Part shown: positions 61,253 through 62,790 of the stretch, piece by piece
Layout: each line of letters starts with the position of its first letter
Numbering within the stretch: position 1 is the stretch's first letter
Assembly: GCA_007571315.1 (NCBI GenBank)
Contig: RKRP01000054.1
Span: 1 to 62,790 of the forward strand
Direction: 5' to 3'
DNA: 62,790 nucleotides
DNA from: Gammaproteobacteria bacterium
Lineage (GTDB): Bacteria > Pseudomonadota > Gammaproteobacteria > Steroidobacterales > Foliamicaceae
Notes under the pieces: generated by a model
Told to the model about the DNA's origin: nothing
Database searches by the model: none
Seen by the model: the letters and a program-made list of their open reading frames with translations, nothing else
Position numbers and translations under genes: made by a program

Positions 61253-62749
61253 ATGCCGCATAAAGCGCCGCAAGGGACCGCCGGGCGCTTGGTCCGCCGC
61301 CGGTTCATCGCTGCCGGCGCGGCGCTGGCGGGTTCCTGGATGCTGCCCCGGGCGCTGCGGGGCGCGCAGGCGGGGAACGGCCTGGATGCGGAGGTCATCG
61401 TGGTCGGCGCCGGCCTGGCCGGCCTTAACACGGCGCTCCTGCTTGAAGAAATGGGCGTAAGCGTGATGGTGGTGGAGGCGACTTCGCGTTTCGGCGGACG
61501 GCTCCATACCGTTGCCGACCACATCGTGCCCGGGCATCCGGAACTGGGCGCAAACGCTGCGGGGGGCGGTTATGCGCGGTTGCTGAACGCGGCAAGGCAG
61601 TACGGCCTCGAGATTGGGCCCATGCGCCCGCGCACCGAGCCGCGTGAGGGCGAGATGCTGTTCTGCATCCAGGGGCAGCTGATCCGCGAGGAGGACTGGC
61701 CTGGTCATGCCCTGAATCCGTACCGGCAGGAATGGGCGCGGCAAATGCCGCCCTCGCGGCCGCCCTACCGGCTCTATGCCCAGCTCAACCCGTTCCCGGA
61801 ATCGGACCTGGGCGCCTGGCGGCGGCCGGAGTTCGCTCAATGGGACCGGTCCGTTGGCGAAGTGCTTACGGAGGCGGGTCTGGCGGCGGCGGCCGTTGAG
61901 CTTGGCGCGGGCCTCAATTCAGGCTACGGGACCGATCATCATGACCTGTCCGCCTTGATGATGTTCCATACCATCAGTTTCGCCATCCACCAGGCCAACT
62001 GGCCGGATGCGGGAGGAGCGGCGAAAGGAGGCAATCAGCGCATTCCGGAAGCGATGGCGCGCCATTTGAACGGCGATGCGCTTCTGAGCAGCCCCGTTGC
62101 GGCCGTTGCAAGCGAAAGCGATCGGGTGCGGATTATCCTGGAAGATGGCCGCCGGCTGAACGCCGCGCGCGCGGTGATTGCCATGCCCTTCTCGGCGTTG
62201 CGAAGAATCGCAATCGATCCTGAGCCGCCTGCCGCGCAGAAGGCTGCGATCGACCAGTTGGGCTATACGCCTTGCACGCAGATCCACTACGCGGTGAAGC
62301 AGCCCTATTGGGAACGGGACGGAATGGCGCCCAGCATGTGGACGGATGCCCTGCCCGGGCGGTTCATGGCGCTGAAGAACGACCCGGGCAATCCCGAGGC
62401 GGTAACCAGTTGCCTGGCCTATATCAATGGCCATGCGGCCCTGAAGCTTGCTCACATGGACGAGGAAGCCGCCATCGCCGCAGTGTCGGCGGAACTGTTT
62501 CGGCTGCGCCCGTCGCTAAAGGGCGCGCTGGCCCCGGTCTATCTGTGGAAATGGTCGAACAACCCGTATGCCGGCGGCGCCTACGCCTATTGGAAGCCCG
62601 GGCAGATTACGGCTTTTGCCGCCACCATGGCCCAGCCTCATGGCCGCATTCACTTTGCCGGCGAGCACACCGCCCAATTGAATCGGGGCATGGAAGGAGC
62701 GATGGAGTCCGGCGAAAGGGCTGCGCTCGAAATCCTCGAACACCTGTAG
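61253..62749 (+). CDS. flavin-containing amine oxidase with Tat signal (divergent paralogue)
   Basis: VRRRFIAAGAALAGS is the leader and VIVVGAGLAGLNTALLLEEMG is the FAD fold. The C-terminal HFAGEHTA block is present. Confidence 0.85.
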   Translation: MPHKAPQGTAGRLVRRRFIAAGAALAGSWMLPRALRGAQAGNGLDAEVIVVGAGLAGLNTALLLEEMGVSVMVVEATSRFGGRLHTVADHIVPGHPELGANAAGGGYARLLNAARQYGLEIGPMRPRTEPREGEMLFCIQGQLIREEDWPGHALNPYRQEWARQMPPSRPPYRLYAQLNPFPESDLGAWRRPEFAQWDRSVGEVLTEAGLAAAAVELGAGLNSGYGTDHHDLSALMMFHTISFAIHQANWPDAGGAAKGGNQRIPEAMARHLNGDALLSSPVAAVASESDRVRIILEDGRRLNAARAVIAMPFSALRRIAIDPEPPAAQKAAIDQLGYTPCTQIHYAVKQPYWERDGMAPSMWTDALPGRFMALKNDPGNPEAVTSCLAYINGHAALKLAHMDEEAAIAAVSAELFRLRPSLKGALAPVYLWKWSNNPYAGGAYAYWKPGQITAFAATMAQPHGRIHFAGEHTAQLNRGMEGAMESGERAALEILEHL

Positions 62750-62790
62750 CCCGGATTTTGCGCCTGCTGCCCCGCCTTTTGCGTGCGCGC

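Noticed and set aside
1-62790. CRISPR arrays, rRNA genes, prophage structural genes, reverse transcriptases (retron or DGR)
   Set aside because: I scanned intergenic regions and translations. The only direct repeats found are the 2 x 22, 2 x 24 and 2 x 11 bp duplications, which lack spacer periodicity. No RT, Cas, integrase or capsid-like motifs were seen.

Overview
This is a high-GC proteobacterial chromosome segment; backbone 60-nt lines hand-count at about 42/60 GC. It is probably gammaproteobacterial, because a LolB lipoprotein gene and the prfA / TPR-lolB arrangement are present.

Backbone genes recognised from motifs:
- Methionine and translation: metF-metH (ATGA-coupled), prmC, a Cys/Met-family PLP enzyme, prfA, a TPR lipoprotein and lolB.
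- Replication and central metabolism: a Pif1/RecD-like helicase, acs, pntAA-pntAB-pntB and priA.
- Transport: a SulP permease, a MATE pump, a TRAP DctPQM transporter, two MacB/FtsX-type ABC components and one intact TonB-dependent receptor.
- Redox and other enzymes: a PQQ dehydrogenase, several FAD oxidoreductases, two Tat-signal flavin amine oxidases, two tandem VOC paralogues and a Fic protein.

Lower-GC accessory blocks (about 25-30/60 GC) are superimposed on this backbone:
- Three separate Type II restriction-modification modules lie in the first 16 kb: a BglII/BstYI-like module at the left edge, a C5-methyltransferase plus HNH nuclease, and a DPPY methyltransferase plus HincII-like nuclease.
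- The middle module is cargo inside a 2.8-kb element. The element is bounded by 24/25-nt terminal inverted repeats, and its IS1595-family transposase has lost its DDE core in frame.
- Other mobile DNA includes an IS1634-family element and a 36-codon fragment of another IS transposase, read antisense as the tail of prmC.
- An AT-rich islet carries a perfect 2 x 22-bp tandem repeat, a small secreted two-cysteine protein and a fused MacB transporter.

prfA and prmC are normally adjacent but are about 17 kb apart here. hemA and ispE are missing from their conserved positions beside prfA and lolB.

I found no CRISPR array, no rRNA and no canonical tRNA. I found no obviously new multi-gene system. 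The best candidates for follow-up are:
- the IS-borne R-M cargo element, including its 59-codon terminal ORF;
- the repeat / small-protein / MacB islet;
- the coupled unknown / Tat-signal SAM-methyltransferase / PQQ-dehydrogenase operon;
- two structured non-coding elements at 11690-11820 and 58194-58307.

All calls rest on reading the translations and DNA by eye and on remembered family motifs. Coordinates were hand-indexed, start codons are often uncertain, and no database search was run.
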